Assembly: GCA_047622605.1 (NCBI GenBank) | Contig: JBLHND010000001.1 | Span: 1-51,909, forward strand | Origin: Motiliproteus sp. | GTDB taxonomy: Bacteria > Pseudomonadota > Gammaproteobacteria > Pseudomonadales > Balneatricaceae | DNA: 51,909 nucleotides | Direction: 5' to 3' | Shown: piece by piece, positions 36,151 through 47,757 of the stretch | Layout of the letters: each line of letters opens with the position of its first letter | Position numbering within the stretch: position 1 is the first letter of the stretch | The notes under the pieces: generated by a model | Seen by the model: the letters and a program-made list of their open reading frames with translations, nothing else | Databases searched by the model: none | What the model was told of the DNA's origin: nothing | Translations under genes and position numbers: made by a program

Positions 36151-36236
36151 CAGGGGGCATTTTGTAGCTGAACGTTGCAATCGCCAAGCCGGGGTTGTAT
36201 ACCGATACTGGTAAGCCTGTTCAGGGCCTTGGATGA

Positions 36237-36698
36237 GTGAACATAATGAAGAAGCATGATGAGCTACCGACAGAACATGATGATGCCTTAATCGCCATCC
36301 TTCACCAGGCGATTAAAATGGCTATAAGAGTATTGGCCGTGCTGATGTTGGCCGTTATTTTTTGGGGTGTGGCCGATGTCGTTTATGTGATCTACAACCA
36401 GCTCTTAGAACCGCCTTTTATGTTGCTGAGTTTGTCCGATATATTTAAAACCTTTGCAGCCTTTCTGGCGGTGTTAATCGCGATTGAAATATTTCAAAAC
36501 ATTGTTTTATATCTGAGGACTGACGTCTTCCCCCTGAGACTGGTGGTCGCGACCGCGCTGATGGCCATGGCCAGAAAAATAATTATTATCGACTTCGATG
36601 AGGTGATCCCTATGCATGTATTTGCCGTGGGCTTCGTGGTCCTGTCCCTGGGTATTACCTACTATCTGCTGGATATAAAGGGTGATAAAGAGCTTTGA
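36237..36698 (+). CDS. Phosphate-starvation-inducible PsiE family membrane protein
   Basis: Four TM helices; FLAVLIAIEIFQNI and TALMAMARKIII motifs. Confidence 0.8.
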   Translation: MNIMKKHDELPTEHDDALIAILHQAIKMAIRVLAVLMLAVIFWGVADVVYVIYNQLLEPPFMLLSLSDIFKTFAAFLAVLIAIEIFQNIVLYLRTDVFPLRLVVATALMAMARKIIIIDFDEVIPMHVFAVGFVVLSLGITYYLLDIKGDKEL

Positions 36699-36790
36699 GG
36701 GCTGGTGCTGCCCGTTCTCTACGGGCTTAGCGCACTTTCCACATCCCACGTCCCTGTGAGGCGTGCTGTCCATGCAGGAGTGCTTAACGC

Positions 36791-38392
36791 CTAGCCCACA
36801 AAAGAAACCCCCTCAGGCTTGCTGCTGATCTGGTAGCGCTGCAACAGGCGGTAGAAGTTGCTCCTATGGATCCCCAGTTGCCGAGCCGCGGCGGCCTGAT
36901 TACCCCGGTGTTGCGCCAGGGTCTCTTCGATTAGCTGGCGCTGAAAGAGCTCGGTGGCCTGCTTCAGGCTGAGGTCACTGGCGCCCAGGTCGGGCGTGAC
37001 CGTTGCTGCAGGGGTCTTGGGTTCAATCTCGCCCCAGTCGCTGGCGTCCAGCCCGAGATGTCGTGCGTCGATAATAATCGTGCGGCTGTCGCGGCCCTGG
37101 CTGGTGATCGCCTTGAGCGCCGCCCTGCTGAGCAGGTGGCCCAACTCCCGAACATTGCCGGGCCAGGGGTACCTCAGCAACAGGTGCTTGGCATCCTGGG
37201 TAAGGCGTAGTCCCTGCGCACCCAGGCGGCGCTGGTTGGATTCGAGCAGGAAGGCGGCCAGCAGCAGAATGTCCTGCTGGCGTTCACGCAGGGGCGGGAC
37301 GAGCAGCGGGTAGACGCTCAGGCGGTGATAGAGATCGGCCCGAAAGCGTCCGGCGCTGACCTCCTGTTGCAGGTTGCGATTGGTGGCGGCGACGATGCGC
37401 ACATCCACCCGCAGCGGCTGATCGCGTCCGACTCGCTGGATCTCTCCGCTCTGCAGGGCACGTAACAGCTTGGCCTGTATGCTCAGCGGCAGCTCGCCGA
37501 TCTCATCCAGAAACAGGGTGCCGCCGTCGGCGATCTCAAACTTACCCGCACGATCGGTACCCGCCCCCGAAAAAGCCCCCTTGATATGCCCGAACAGTTC
37601 GCTCTCGGCCAGATTTTCCGGCAAGGCGGCGCAGTTGATCTGCACCAGCGGCCCCTGACTGCGTCCTGACTGGTTGTGAATCTGGCGTGCCACCAGCTCC
37701 TTGCCGACCCCCGTCTCTCCCTGCACCAGTACCGAGAGGTGCGACTGGGCAACGATAGCGATCTCCTTCTTCAGCTGGGCCATGATGGTGCTGGTGCCCA
37801 GGATCTCGGATTTACTGTCCTTTTCGTGCATCAGGGTGCGCGTGACCAGCTGTTGGCGTGCGGCGGTGGCGGTCAGGGCATCCATTCGATCGGCGGCCTT
37901 TACCGTGGCTTCGGTCAGCCTGATAAAGGTGCTCAGTTCGACAGGGTCGATCGAATCGAAGCTACCGGGATCCATGGCGTCCAGGGTCAGGACGCCCCAG
38001 GGTAGATCGTCGATATAGAGCGATGCGCCCATGCAATCGTGTACATGCCGCTGCAGATCCTGGTCGGCGATCAGGCCATCGTAAGGGTCCGGCAGCTTTG
38101 AGTCGGCCTCGAAGCGGATCGGCTCACGGGCATGCAGCAGCTTGGCCAGCCGCGGGTGTTCGGTCACCTCGAAGCGGCGACCCAGGGTATCAGGGCTCAG
38201 CCCCTCGAAGGCCAGCGGCCGCAGCTGGGTGCCTTCGAGTTTGAGCAGGGCCGCGGCATCACAGGGAAACAGCTTGAGTAGGGCGTCGAGCAGGTTGCGG
38301 TAGCGCCGTTCGGCAGGCAGGTCGCGCGACAGGTCGGAGACGATAGAGGTCAGGGTGTCGAAGACGGTAGCGGTTGTCATATTGATATCCAT
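36791..38392 (-). CDS. norR: NO-sensing sigma54 enhancer-binding protein NorR (GAF-AAA-HTH)
   Basis: GAF Fe-site motifs LPDPYDGL and VHDCMG; [20 protein letters not shown] and Fis-type HTH. Start is 38392 or 38380. Confidence 0.9.
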   Translation of the reverse strand: MDINMTTATVFDTLTSIVSDLSRDLPAERRYRNLLDALLKLFPCDAAALLKLEGTQLRPLAFEGLSPDTLGRRFEVTEHPRLAKLLHAREPIRFEADSKLPDPYDGLIADQDLQRHVHDCMGASLYIDDLPWGVLTLDAMDPGSFDSIDPVELSTFIRLTEATVKAADRMDALTATAARQQLVTRTLMHEKDSKSEILGTSTIMAQLKKEIAIVAQSHLSVLVQGETGVGKELVARQIHNQSGRSQGPLVQINCAALPENLAESELFGHIKGAFSGAGTDRAGKFEIADGGTLFLDEIGELPLSIQAKLLRALQSGEIQRVGRDQPLRVDVRIVAATNRNLQQEVSAGRFRADLYHRLSVYPLLVPPLRERQQDILLLAAFLLESNQRRLGAQGLRLTQDAKHLLLRYPWPGNVRELGHLLSRAALKAITSQGRDSRTIIIDARHLGLDASDWGEIEPKTPAATVTPDLGASDLSLKQATELFQRQLIEETLAQHRGNQAAAARQLGIHRSNFYRLLQRYQISSKPEGVSFVG

Positions 38393-38444
38393 ATTTTCAG
38401 ATCGACAGCATACTCCAGCTGGCCATTATTTAACAAAACTCAAG

Positions 38445-38485
38445 ACCTTAGGTTTTTCACCTTAGGTTCTTCACCTTAGGTTCTT
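38445..38485. repeat. 14-bp tandem repeat (ACCTTAGGTTCTTC)x3 in the norR-nirK divergent promoter
   Basis: Read directly from the sequence; one mismatch in unit 1. Confidence 0.85.
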
Positions 38486-38541
38486 GATCTGTGATTTCGA
38501 AAGACCTGACCCCGGTTGTCATTTTCTTAAAATCATCGGAA

Positions 38542-38583
38542 TTGATACTCATCAATTTCTCCCGCTCAGTCCAGGCATAGAAT
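38542..38583 (+). promoter_or_regulatory. FNR/ANR/DNR-type box and -10 of a class II nirK promoter
   Basis: Perfect TTGAT-ACTC-ATCAA (38542-38555) and TAGAAT (38578-38583), spaced as expected for a box centred at -41.5. Confidence 0.8.
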
Positions 38584-38635
38584 CCTCCCATCGACAGCAA
38601 CCTGTCTGACTTTAAACACTGCGAGGAATCAGAAA

Positions 38636-39808
38636 ATGGAACTTAACGTACCAGCGGTCCAAGAACAGAGTGGCGTTAGCCGCCGTGGATTTATCGGCGC
38701 GACGGTCGCTTCCATGGGTGTCGCCGCGGCGGCGGCTCTGGTCGGTCAGTCGGCCCAGGCTAGCACTAAGTCGGTGAGTGCGGTATCCAAACCGGAGCAG
38801 ATCAGCAGCCTGAGCCGGGTTCAGCAGACGCTGGTGCAGCCGCCCTTCTTACCCCAACACGATCAGGTAGCCAAGGGTGGCCCCAAGGTCGTCGAGGTGA
38901 GGATGGTGATCGAGGAGAAGAAAATACTGATCGATGCCTTGGGAACCGAGGTCTGGGCGATGACCTTCAACGGTAGCGTACCCGGACCGATGATCGTCTG
39001 CCATCAGGATGACTATATCGAATTGACGCTGGTCAATCCGGCCACTAACCAGCTGCAGCATAATATCGATTTCCATGCCTCCACGGGTGCCTTGGGCGGC
39101 GGTGGGTTGACCGAGGTGATGCCCGGTGAGCAGGTGGTGTTGCGCTTTAAGGCCATCAAGGCGGGGACCTTCGTTTACCACTGTGCGCCCGGTGGACAGA
39201 TGATTCCTTACCATGTTGTCAGTGGCATGAATGGCGCGATCATGGTGCTGCCGCGCGATGGTCTCACCGATGAGCTGGGTCAGCCGGTGCGTTACGACCG
39301 TGCCTACTACGTGGGCGAGCAGGACTTCTACGTGCCTAAGGATGCTCAGGGTAAGTTCAAGAAGTACAGCTCGGCGATGCACGCCATGGCGGACACGCTC
39401 GAAGTGATGAAGAGCCTGACGCCTTCGCATGTGGTCTTTAACGGTGCGGTAGGCGCCCTGACCGGCGACCAGGCGTTGACCGCCAAGGTCGGCGAATCGG
39501 TGCTGATCATTCATGCACAGGCTAACCGCGATACCCGTCCGCACCTGATTGGCGGCCATGGCGATCTGGTATGGAACGGCGGCTCTTTCAATGACAAGCC
39601 CGCCACCAACCTGGAGACCTGGTTTGTTGCCGGAGGCTCGGCCGTGGCGGCGCTCTATACCTTCCGTCAGCCCGGTCTCTATGCCTACGTCAACCACAAC
39701 CTGATCGAGGCGATCCTGCTCGGTGCGGCGGCTCACTTCCAGGTCGAAGGCACCTGGAACGAAGACCTGATGAACCAGGTTGTCGCGCCGGGTCCTATCC
39801 CTGCCTGA
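38636..39808 (+). CDS. nirK: Copper-containing nitrite reductase with Tat signal
   Basis: SRRGFIG Tat motif; [25 protein letters not shown] and YVNHNLIEA motifs. Confidence 0.95.
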   Translation: MELNVPAVQEQSGVSRRGFIGATVASMGVAAAAALVGQSAQASTKSVSAVSKPEQISSLSRVQQTLVQPPFLPQHDQVAKGGPKVVEVRMVIEEKKILIDALGTEVWAMTFNGSVPGPMIVCHQDDYIELTLVNPATNQLQHNIDFHASTGALGGGGLTEVMPGEQVVLRFKAIKAGTFVYHCAPGGQMIPYHVVSGMNGAIMVLPRDGLTDELGQPVRYDRAYYVGEQDFYVPKDAQGKFKKYSSAMHAMADTLEVMKSLTPSHVVFNGAVGALTGDQALTAKVGESVLIIHAQANRDTRPHLIGGHGDLVWNGGSFNDKPATNLETWFVAGGSAVAALYTFRQPGLYAYVNHNLIEAILLGAAAHFQVEGTWNEDLMNQVVAPGPIPA

Positions 39809-39829
39809 TCGGTGCAGCAGCGCTTACCT

Positions 39830-39854
39830 AGCCCGGCTAACGCCGGGTTTTTTT
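39830..39854 (+). terminator. Rho-independent terminator after nirK
   Basis: AGCCCGGC-TAAC-GCCGGGTT followed by a T-tract. Confidence 0.85.
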
Positions 39855-39940
39855 CGCTGCTCAGAAAAAGCGATCAAAAGAGCGCCTGACGGCAGTCATC
39901 GACAGCCTTGGCAGTCGGGATAATCAGGAAAGCAGGTGTT

Positions 39941-39997
39941 GTCATATTGACATCAGCGTTGTCATATTAACCACATAGTTCAGGTTGTTATTTTAAC
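39941..39997 (+). promoter_or_regulatory. Three NorR boxes (GT-N7-AC)
   Basis: GTCATATTGAC (39941), GTCATATTAAC (39961) and GTTATTTTAAC (39987). Confidence 0.85.
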
Positions 39998-40013
39998 AAC
40001 CTACCTATAAAGA

Positions 40014-40055
40014 TTGATATAAATCAGGTGCTTATAAATTGGCACGGAATTTGTA
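40014..40055 (+). promoter_or_regulatory. Sigma54 -24/-12 promoter of norCB, preceded by an FNR-like/IHF-like site
   Basis: TGGCAC-GGAAT-TTGTA at 40040-40055 (GG-N10-GT); TTGAT-ATAA-ATCAG at 40014-40027. Confidence 0.7.
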
Positions 40056-40187
40056 AAGCTTAGTTCGATAAGCAATAGATAGCACTCGATAACCCGTCTT
40101 TATCCAGGCCAAGGAGCCTCAGTATGCAGACCTTAAATTTTCGGCCCCCAGGGTCGGTTGCGGTGCAGACCGCAGGAGGAGATCGTC

Positions 40188-42066
<1,879 letters not shown>

Positions 42067-42168
42067 TTCCGGGAACTGATTCCGGGAGCTAATCCCTGCA
42101 GCTAATCCCTGCAGAGAACGTTACTCACCCAGGGGCCGCAAGGCTCCTGGTTCACCTTTACTAAGGAG

Positions 42169-42243
42169 CCTGTGATTAAGCCCCCCCTGTCTCTCTGGCC
42201 GCCCTTTGCTCGGCAGAGAACCCCTCGGGGGCTTAATCACAGG
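42169..42243 (+). repeat. Long intercistronic inverted repeat (17-bp perfect stem) after norB
   Basis: CCTGTGATTAAGCCCCC pairs with GGGGGCTTAATCACAGG. It is preceded by a GCAA-loop hairpin (42129-42150) and 13-bp tandem repeats (42063-42113). Confidence 0.8.
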
Positions 42244-42277
42244 TCCCACTATTTATCATCCTGGCTGAGGAAGCGTC

Positions 42278-42781
42278 ATGATCTGGTCTGGAATTAGACC
42301 GCTGCTGGTCATCATCATCGGGCTGCTGGTCTGTGCTCAATTACAGGCAGCAGCGCTCGATCAGGCCGATGTGCGTCTACGGGCGCTGGCCGAGCGTTGG
42401 CTGACGCTGATGGACAGCAAGACCACCGACGGCCTGGCCTATGCGCCCTTATTGGCCAGCGCTCCCTTAGATTTGGAATTGCTGGAAGGCCATGCCAGCA
42501 CGCTGGTCGAACTGGGTCAGTTACTGGATTCTCGATTTGAGGACGTCGATAGCAGTCAACACCGCATCGAATACTTCAGCGTGAAACCGCTGGCGCCCGG
42601 CCTGTATCAGCTGTCGATGGTGGTCGACTGGCGCCTGCTTAAAGAGGGATTGACCGAAATTGCCAGCCTGAAAGTAGGCTGGCGAGTACGCACCGCCCCT
42701 GATGGCAGCCTGCGCATCGAGCAGCTCAGAGAGCGCTATCTGGCGCCGATCCAGGGCATGGGTGCACGCATTAAATGCTGA
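42278..42781 (+). CDS. Exported hypothetical protein, possibly NTF2/SnoaL-like fold
   Basis: Signal peptide, then helices followed by alternating beta strands; C-terminal Cys; GAGGA RBS. Confidence 0.6.
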   Translation: MIWSGIRPLLVIIIGLLVCAQLQAAALDQADVRLRALAERWLTLMDSKTTDGLAYAPLLASAPLDLELLEGHASTLVELGQLLDSRFEDVDSSQHRIEYFSVKPLAPGLYQLSMVVDWRLLKEGLTEIASLKVGWRVRTAPDGSLRIEQLRERYLAPIQGMGARIKC

Positions 42782-42797
42782 CTCGAGGGAGAGCTAT

Positions 42798-43433
42798 ATG
42801 AACGTAAGAGAGTTGCTCGGGGCGGGTCTGATGGCCCTGTTGGTTACCCTGTTGGCCACCCTGCAGGCCGGAGCGACAGAGCCTTTGCCGGTGTTGCGTG
42901 GCATCGGCGGCGACTTCAGTGCCCAGAGTACTCTGGGGCGTGAGCTGAGCCTGAAGGAGTTTAGAGGCAAACCGCTGCTGTTGTTCTTTGGTTACACCAA
43001 CTGTTCGGATATCTGCCCGGCGACTCTGGGCCATCTGGCTAAGCTGACCCAGGGCGATCCCGACGCGGTGCAGGTGCTGTTCGTCAGCATCGATCCAAAG
43101 AACGACACTGCCGAACACCTGAAGGCCTATCTGGCCCATTTTGATAAGCACTATATAGGGATCTCTGACGAGATTGAGCGCATCGATGCGATCGTGGCGC
43201 TGTTTCAGGCACGTTATAGCCGGGTCGGCGACCGGGAGCTGAGCACCCGGTACAAGAAATTTAAGGTACCGAAAAAAGCCATAGAGCCGGACGCGGAGGA
43301 TAAAGCCTATCTCTACACCCATAGCGCCACGATCTACCTGCTGGATAACCAGGGCAGAACCCGAGCAACCTATTTTAACGGCACGCCGATCGCGCAGATG
43401 CGCACCGATATCGCCGCGTTGACCCGTGAATAA
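42798..43433 (+). CDS. SCO1/SenC copper chaperone
   Basis: FGYTNCSDIC (CxxxC), VSIDP and HSATIYLLD motifs. Confidence 0.9.
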   Translation: MNVRELLGAGLMALLVTLLATLQAGATEPLPVLRGIGGDFSAQSTLGRELSLKEFRGKPLLLFFGYTNCSDICPATLGHLAKLTQGDPDAVQVLFVSIDPKNDTAEHLKAYLAHFDKHYIGISDEIERIDAIVALFQARYSRVGDRELSTRYKKFKVPKKAIEPDAEDKAYLYTHSATIYLLDNQGRTRATYFNGTPIAQMRTDIAALTRE

Positions 43434-43472
43434 CCCTAGAGCAAGAGCAAGAGCAAGAGGAAGGGGAGAGCA

Positions 43473-43991
43473 ATGATGAACTACCGGATGTTAGTCACAG
43501 GGCTACAGGTCGCACTAGTGAGTGCCGTTCTCGAGGGTTCTGCGCTTGCCGCTCCCGTGATTGAGATCGAAGGGGCCTGGGTGCGATCACTCCCGGCGGT
43601 GTCACGCGTCAACAGCGCCTATATGAAAATTCATAATCGTGGCGACCAGGCAGACCGGCTGCTCTCGGTACGCACCCCTATCGCCGACGTCTCGAAGGTC
43701 CATCTGAGCACGATGCACGATGGCATGATGAAGATGGAGCGCGTCGAGGGTGGGTTAGAAGTGCCCGCAGGCGCAGAGGTCCTGCTGCGTAGCGGGGGTT
43801 ATCACCTGATGCTGATGCAGCTCAAAGACCATCCGCTCGAAGGGGAGACGGTGATGCTTTATCTGAGATTTGAACACACGGGAGAAATAGCCGTCGAGGC
43901 AGCGGTCTTGTCCGATGCGCCGGGGGTGTCTGCGGGTATGCAAACTAAGTCGCCTGCTGGTATGCAGGATCACGCGGAACCTGAGCAGTGA
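43473..43991 (+). CDS. Periplasmic copper chaperone PCu(A)C
   Basis: AWVR, SAYMKI, H...M.M and GGYHLML motifs. Confidence 0.9.
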   Translation: MMNYRMLVTGLQVALVSAVLEGSALAAPVIEIEGAWVRSLPAVSRVNSAYMKIHNRGDQADRLLSVRTPIADVSKVHLSTMHDGMMKMERVEGGLEVPAGAEVLLRSGGYHLMLMQLKDHPLEGETVMLYLRFEHTGEIAVEAAVLSDAPGVSAGMQTKSPAGMQDHAEPEQ

Positions 43992-44018
43992 AGCAGTAGT
44001 AAGGGTAGGGGCGTTCCT

Positions 44019-45845
44019 ATGGAAGAATTTGTCGGCGAAATCTGGCACAAACTGATCACCCGCCAGGCCAGCAGCGACTGTGCCGAGGCTCGGGTCGAGC
44101 TGGCGGGTCTGCAGACCCAGCTGGCGACCTATTTCCGAGCGCTGGGTGGCGAGCCGGGTAAGAGTGTGGAAGGGGCCGATCCACGGGCCTTCGCGCCCCG
44201 TCGCCGGCTGGCGCAACGGGTCGCGGGTACCCACAAGCGCTTCGCGGTGTGCTGGCAGGACGAGCGCAGCCTGCGGCTGCCGCTGAGTCTGGCCTGTTTT
44301 GAGACGGTGGAACTCAACGAATCGCTGTATTTCTGGCTGGCCGCGCTGGCGGCACGGCAGCCACAGATGCGGCACTGGCTGGTAGAGAACCAGCAGGCCA
44401 CCCTTGCATTGTTGCAGCAACGTCCGGGCCTGGCCGCCGGCTATCGGCTGTTGGCGAGCGCGACACTCGCCAACAGGCCGTCGCTGGACAGCCTGCAGGG
44501 TGCCGAACGCACCCGTGAGGCGGCGATTCAGCAGGCGATCCGCGAGCCCGGTAGCGTCACTGTCCTGCCGCGCGCCAAGGGCGACCCCTTGCCGGTCCCG
44601 CTGTGGATCTATCCGGCCCCGCTGCAGTTGCTGGGGGTGGCGACCGAGGATCATCTGGACGATCTGGGTGAGGGGGGTAACGCCAACGAAACCCCGAAGG
44701 GCAGCCGCAAGCAGGCCGAACGTATCGATGACAGCAAAGAGACCGACGGCCTGCTGGTGTTTAAGTTGGAATGCCTGTTCAGCTGGACCGAGAAGGTGGA
44801 GCTCGATCGCCCCCAGGAAGAAGACCTGGATCAAGACCTGAGTGGTGTCGCCGAAGATATGGATATTATCACCCTGTCACAGCAGCGGCGGGCGGGGTCT
44901 TCAGGGATAAAGTTCGATATGGATCTGCCCTCGGCCCAGGCGGATGATCTGCCGGTGGGTGAGGGGATACGGTTGCCGGAATGGGATTATCGCAAGCAGG
45001 CGCTGATCCCGGAGTACTGCCTGCTGCAACCGATGCTGGCCGACGACGCGCTGCCCGCCCCGGTGCCTGAGGCGTTACGGGCCCAGGCGCGTGCGCTGAA
45101 GAACCGTTTCAGCCAGCTGCGCCCGGAGCTGCAGCTGCAAAAACGCCAACCCCAGGGCGATGAGATCGACCTAGATGCCTGGGTGGATTTTAAGACCCTG
45201 GCGGCTAAGCATCAGAGCCAACAAAACTTTTATCTGGACCGTAATCAGCCGCATCGCGACCTGGCCTGTCTGCTGCTGGCCGACCTGTCGATGTCTACCG
45301 ATGCCGGGATCAACGGCAATCAACGGGTGATCGACCTGATTCGCGATGCCATGCTGCTGTTTGCCGAGGCCCTGTCGGGCACTCGGGACCCGTTCGCGAT
45401 CTACGGGTTCTCATCGGTAAAGAACAAACAGGTGCGCTACCAGCTGCTGAAAAACTTCAACGAACCCTATGGCGACGAGGCCCGGGGACGGATTCTGGCG
45501 GTGAAACCCGGTTTTTATACCCGCATGGGCGCGGCGATCCGCCAGTCCACCCTGATTCTGCAGCAGCAGAAGGCACAGCAGCGGTTATTGCTGATCCTGT
45601 CCGACGGCAAGCCCAACGATATCGACCGTTACGAGGGCCGCTATGGCATCGAAGACACCCGCCGGGCGGTCATCGAAGCCAAGCAGGCCGGACTGCAGCC
45701 GTTCTGCGTCACCATCGATGACCAGGGTAACGATTATCTGCCCTACCTGTTCGGCGACCAGGGCTTTGCCGTGATCAGTGATCTGGCACGCCTGCCGGTG
45801 CTGTTGCCCCGGCTTTATCTCAACCTGACCGGCACCCGTGGGTAA
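44019..45845 (+). CDS. norD: Nitric oxide reductase activation protein NorD (vWA)
   Basis: Starts MEEFVGEIWH; has PEWDYRK, DLSMST MIDAS, YTRMGAAIR and SDGKPND. Confidence 0.9.
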   Translation: MEEFVGEIWHKLITRQASSDCAEARVELAGLQTQLATYFRALGGEPGKSVEGADPRAFAPRRRLAQRVAGTHKRFAVCWQDERSLRLPLSLACFETVELNESLYFWLAALAARQPQMRHWLVENQQATLALLQQRPGLAAGYRLLASATLANRPSLDSLQGAERTREAAIQQAIREPGSVTVLPRAKGDPLPVPLWIYPAPLQLLGVATEDHLDDLGEGGNANETPKGSRKQAERIDDSKETDGLLVFKLECLFSWTEKVELDRPQEEDLDQDLSGVAEDMDIITLSQQRRAGSSGIKFDMDLPSAQADDLPVGEGIRLPEWDYRKQALIPEYCLLQPMLADDALPAPVPEALRAQARALKNRFSQLRPELQLQKRQPQGDEIDLDAWVDFKTLAAKHQSQQNFYLDRNQPHRDLACLLLADLSMSTDAGINGNQRVIDLIRDAMLLFAEALSGTRDPFAIYGFSSVKNKQVRYQLLKNFNEPYGDEARGRILAVKPGFYTRMGAAIRQSTLILQQQKAQQRLLLILSDGKPNDIDRYEGRYGIEDTRRAVIEAKQAGLQPFCVTIDDQGNDYLPYLFGDQGFAVISDLARLPVLLPRLYLNLTGTRG

Positions 45846-45872
45846 GTCGGTGCCTGACTCGAGGAATGCTCT

Positions 45873-46697
45873 ATGGACACGCTAATGCCCCGCCATAATT
45901 CTGCGCACAACCCAGCGCACAACCCAGCTCTTAATCCTTATCTACCCCAGGGGCGGGAGATCGAAATCTTCAAGATGGCGGCCGCCAACCGCTTGCCGGT
46001 GCTGCTTAAGGGGCCGACCGGCTGCGGTAAGACCCGTTTCGTCGAGCATATGGCCGAGCAGCTGGGGCGTCCGGTACATACCATCGCCTGTCACGACGAC
46101 CTGACCGCCGCCGATCTGGTCGGCCGCCACCTGATCGGGGCCGAGGGCACCTACTGGCAGGACGGTCCGCTCACTCGGGCGGTGCGCGAGGGCGGTATCT
46201 GCTATCTCGACGAGGTGGTAGAGGCCCGCAAGGACACCACCGTGGTGCTGCATCCGCTGTCGGATCACCGCCGTATCCTGCCGATCGAACGCACCGGTGA
46301 ACTGCTCCAGGCGCACCCCGATTTTATGCTGGTGATCTCCTACAACCCCGGTTATCAGAACCTGATGAAGGGGCTCAAGCCCAGCACTCGGCAGCGCTTC
46401 GTGGCGCTGAGCTTCGATTACCCCTCTCCCGAGCTTGAGGTGGTGATCGTCTGCCAGGAGTCGGGGCTCGACAAGCAGCGGGTGCAGCAGCTGGTTACCC
46501 TGGGCAACGACCTGCGTCGCCTCAAGGATCATGACCTGGAAGAGGCGGCCTCGACCCGCCTGCTGATCTATACCGCGCTGATGATCCGCTCCGGTTTACC
46601 CGCGATCGAGGCCTGTCAGGTCTGTCTGGCACAGCCCCTGACCGACGACAGCGAGACCCTGGCGGCCATCGATCGCCTGATTAAAGGTCACTTTTGA
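45873..46697 (+). CDS. norQ: NorQ/NirQ MoxR AAA+ ATPase
   Basis: KGPTGCGKTRF, YLDEVVEAR, SYNPGYQ and STRLL motifs. The N-terminal HNPA repeats come from a 12-bp tandem repeat. Confidence 0.9.
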   Translation: MDTLMPRHNSAHNPAHNPALNPYLPQGREIEIFKMAAANRLPVLLKGPTGCGKTRFVEHMAEQLGRPVHTIACHDDLTAADLVGRHLIGAEGTYWQDGPLTRAVREGGICYLDEVVEARKDTTVVLHPLSDHRRILPIERTGELLQAHPDFMLVISYNPGYQNLMKGLKPSTRQRFVALSFDYPSPELEVVIVCQESGLDKQRVQQLVTLGNDLRRLKDHDLEEAASTRLLIYTALMIRSGLPAIEACQVCLAQPLTDDSETLAAIDRLIKGHF

Positions 46698-46698
46698 G

Positions 46699-47316
46699 GT
46701 GAATCAGCGTGAGCGCCTGGAGGGGGCGCCGCTCGCGTTGTCGGCCGTGGCGAAACCCCCGGTCGCGCGCTCACCGGCAAACATCGCCGTCTGGATCCTG
46801 ATCTGGGCCGAAGTCACCGAGTTTGCGCTGTTCTTCCTGGCGTTTCTGGTCGCGCGCAGTCATAACCCGGAGCTGTTTGCCGAAGGCCCGACCAAGCTTA
46901 ATACCTGGGCCGGGGTGGTCAATACTCTGCTGCTGATCAGCAGCAGTTACTGTGTGGCGCGCGCGATGGCAGCGATCAAAGCCGACCAGGTAAACCGCTG
47001 TCTGCGCTGGCTGGGTACCACCCTGGGCTGTGGTCTGGGGTACTGCGCCGTCAAAACCTGGGAGTACCACTGGAACCACGCCTCGGGACTGGATGCGCGC
47101 ACCGATATTTTTTATAGCGTCTATTACTACCTGACCTTTAATCATCTGCTGCATGTGTTGCTGGGGATGTGTGCGATCGGCTGGGCAGCGCTGCGTACGT
47201 ATTGGGGGCACTTTACCCCGGCCGAACACGAAGGGCTGGAGGGCGCCGCCTGCTACTGGCATATGATCGATCTGGTCTGGATTATCATCTTCCCACTGCT
47301 CTATGTGCTGAGATGA
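46699..47316 (+). CDS. norE: NorE/NirO (cytochrome c oxidase subunit III-like)
   Basis: NTLLLISSS, YYLTFNHLLHV and YWHMIDLVWIIIFPLLY motifs. Confidence 0.85.
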   Translation: MNQRERLEGAPLALSAVAKPPVARSPANIAVWILIWAEVTEFALFFLAFLVARSHNPELFAEGPTKLNTWAGVVNTLLLISSSYCVARAMAAIKADQVNRCLRWLGTTLGCGLGYCAVKTWEYHWNHASGLDARTDIFYSVYYYLTFNHLLHVLLGMCAIGWAALRTYWGHFTPAEHEGLEGAACYWHMIDLVWIIIFPLLYVLR

Positions 47317-47339
47317 CTCGATGGACGCTGAGGTGACCT

Positions 47340-47645
47340 ATGGGCAATGCTAAGAAAACACTGCTGAGTGACAAACTCTTGCGGCGCGCCTGGATACTGC
47401 TAATCGGCCTGACGCTGACCTCGGCGCTGATCGCCGAATCGATCGACCCGACCGCCGGGGTGGTGATCGTCGTGTGTCTGGTGGTGGCGATCAAGGGGCA
47501 GCTGGTGGTCGACCGCCTGATGGGACTGCGTCAGGCCCCGCCGCTGATCCGCGGGCTGATGCTGGCCTATTTTTACGTCCTGCCAGTGCTGATCGCGCTG
47601 GGACTGATCTTTCCCGAACAGCTCAGGCGCCTGACGACGCTCTGA
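47340..47645 (+). CDS. norF: NorF/NirP (cytochrome c oxidase subunit IV-like)
   Basis: Three TM helices with KGQLVVDRLMGLRQAP; follows norE. Confidence 0.75.
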   Translation: MGNAKKTLLSDKLLRRAWILLIGLTLTSALIAESIDPTAGVVIVVCLVVAIKGQLVVDRLMGLRQAPPLIRGLMLAYFYVLPVLIALGLIFPEQLRRLTTL

Positions 47646-47671
47646 GGGGCGATGTGCCATAGGTCGGCGTT

Positions 47672-47745
47672 TTGTGGGTAGAACCGTAGGCTGGGATTGC
47701 ATCCCAGCCTACCTCGCTGGGATTGTCAGGTTGAAGCCCTACAAA
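47672..47745. repeat. GTAG-class REP-like units between convergent norF and ppx
   Basis: Palindrome GTAGGCTGGGATTGCATCCCAGCCTAC (47686-47712) and TGTCAGGTTGAAGCCCTACA (47724-47743). Confidence 0.65.
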
Positions 47746-47757
47746 AAACCACTTCCC

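Noticed and set aside
46699-47645. Cytochrome c oxidase operon (coxIII/coxIV with SCO and PCuAC)
   Set aside because: No subunit I or II is present, and the position after norDQ identifies these as norE/norF.
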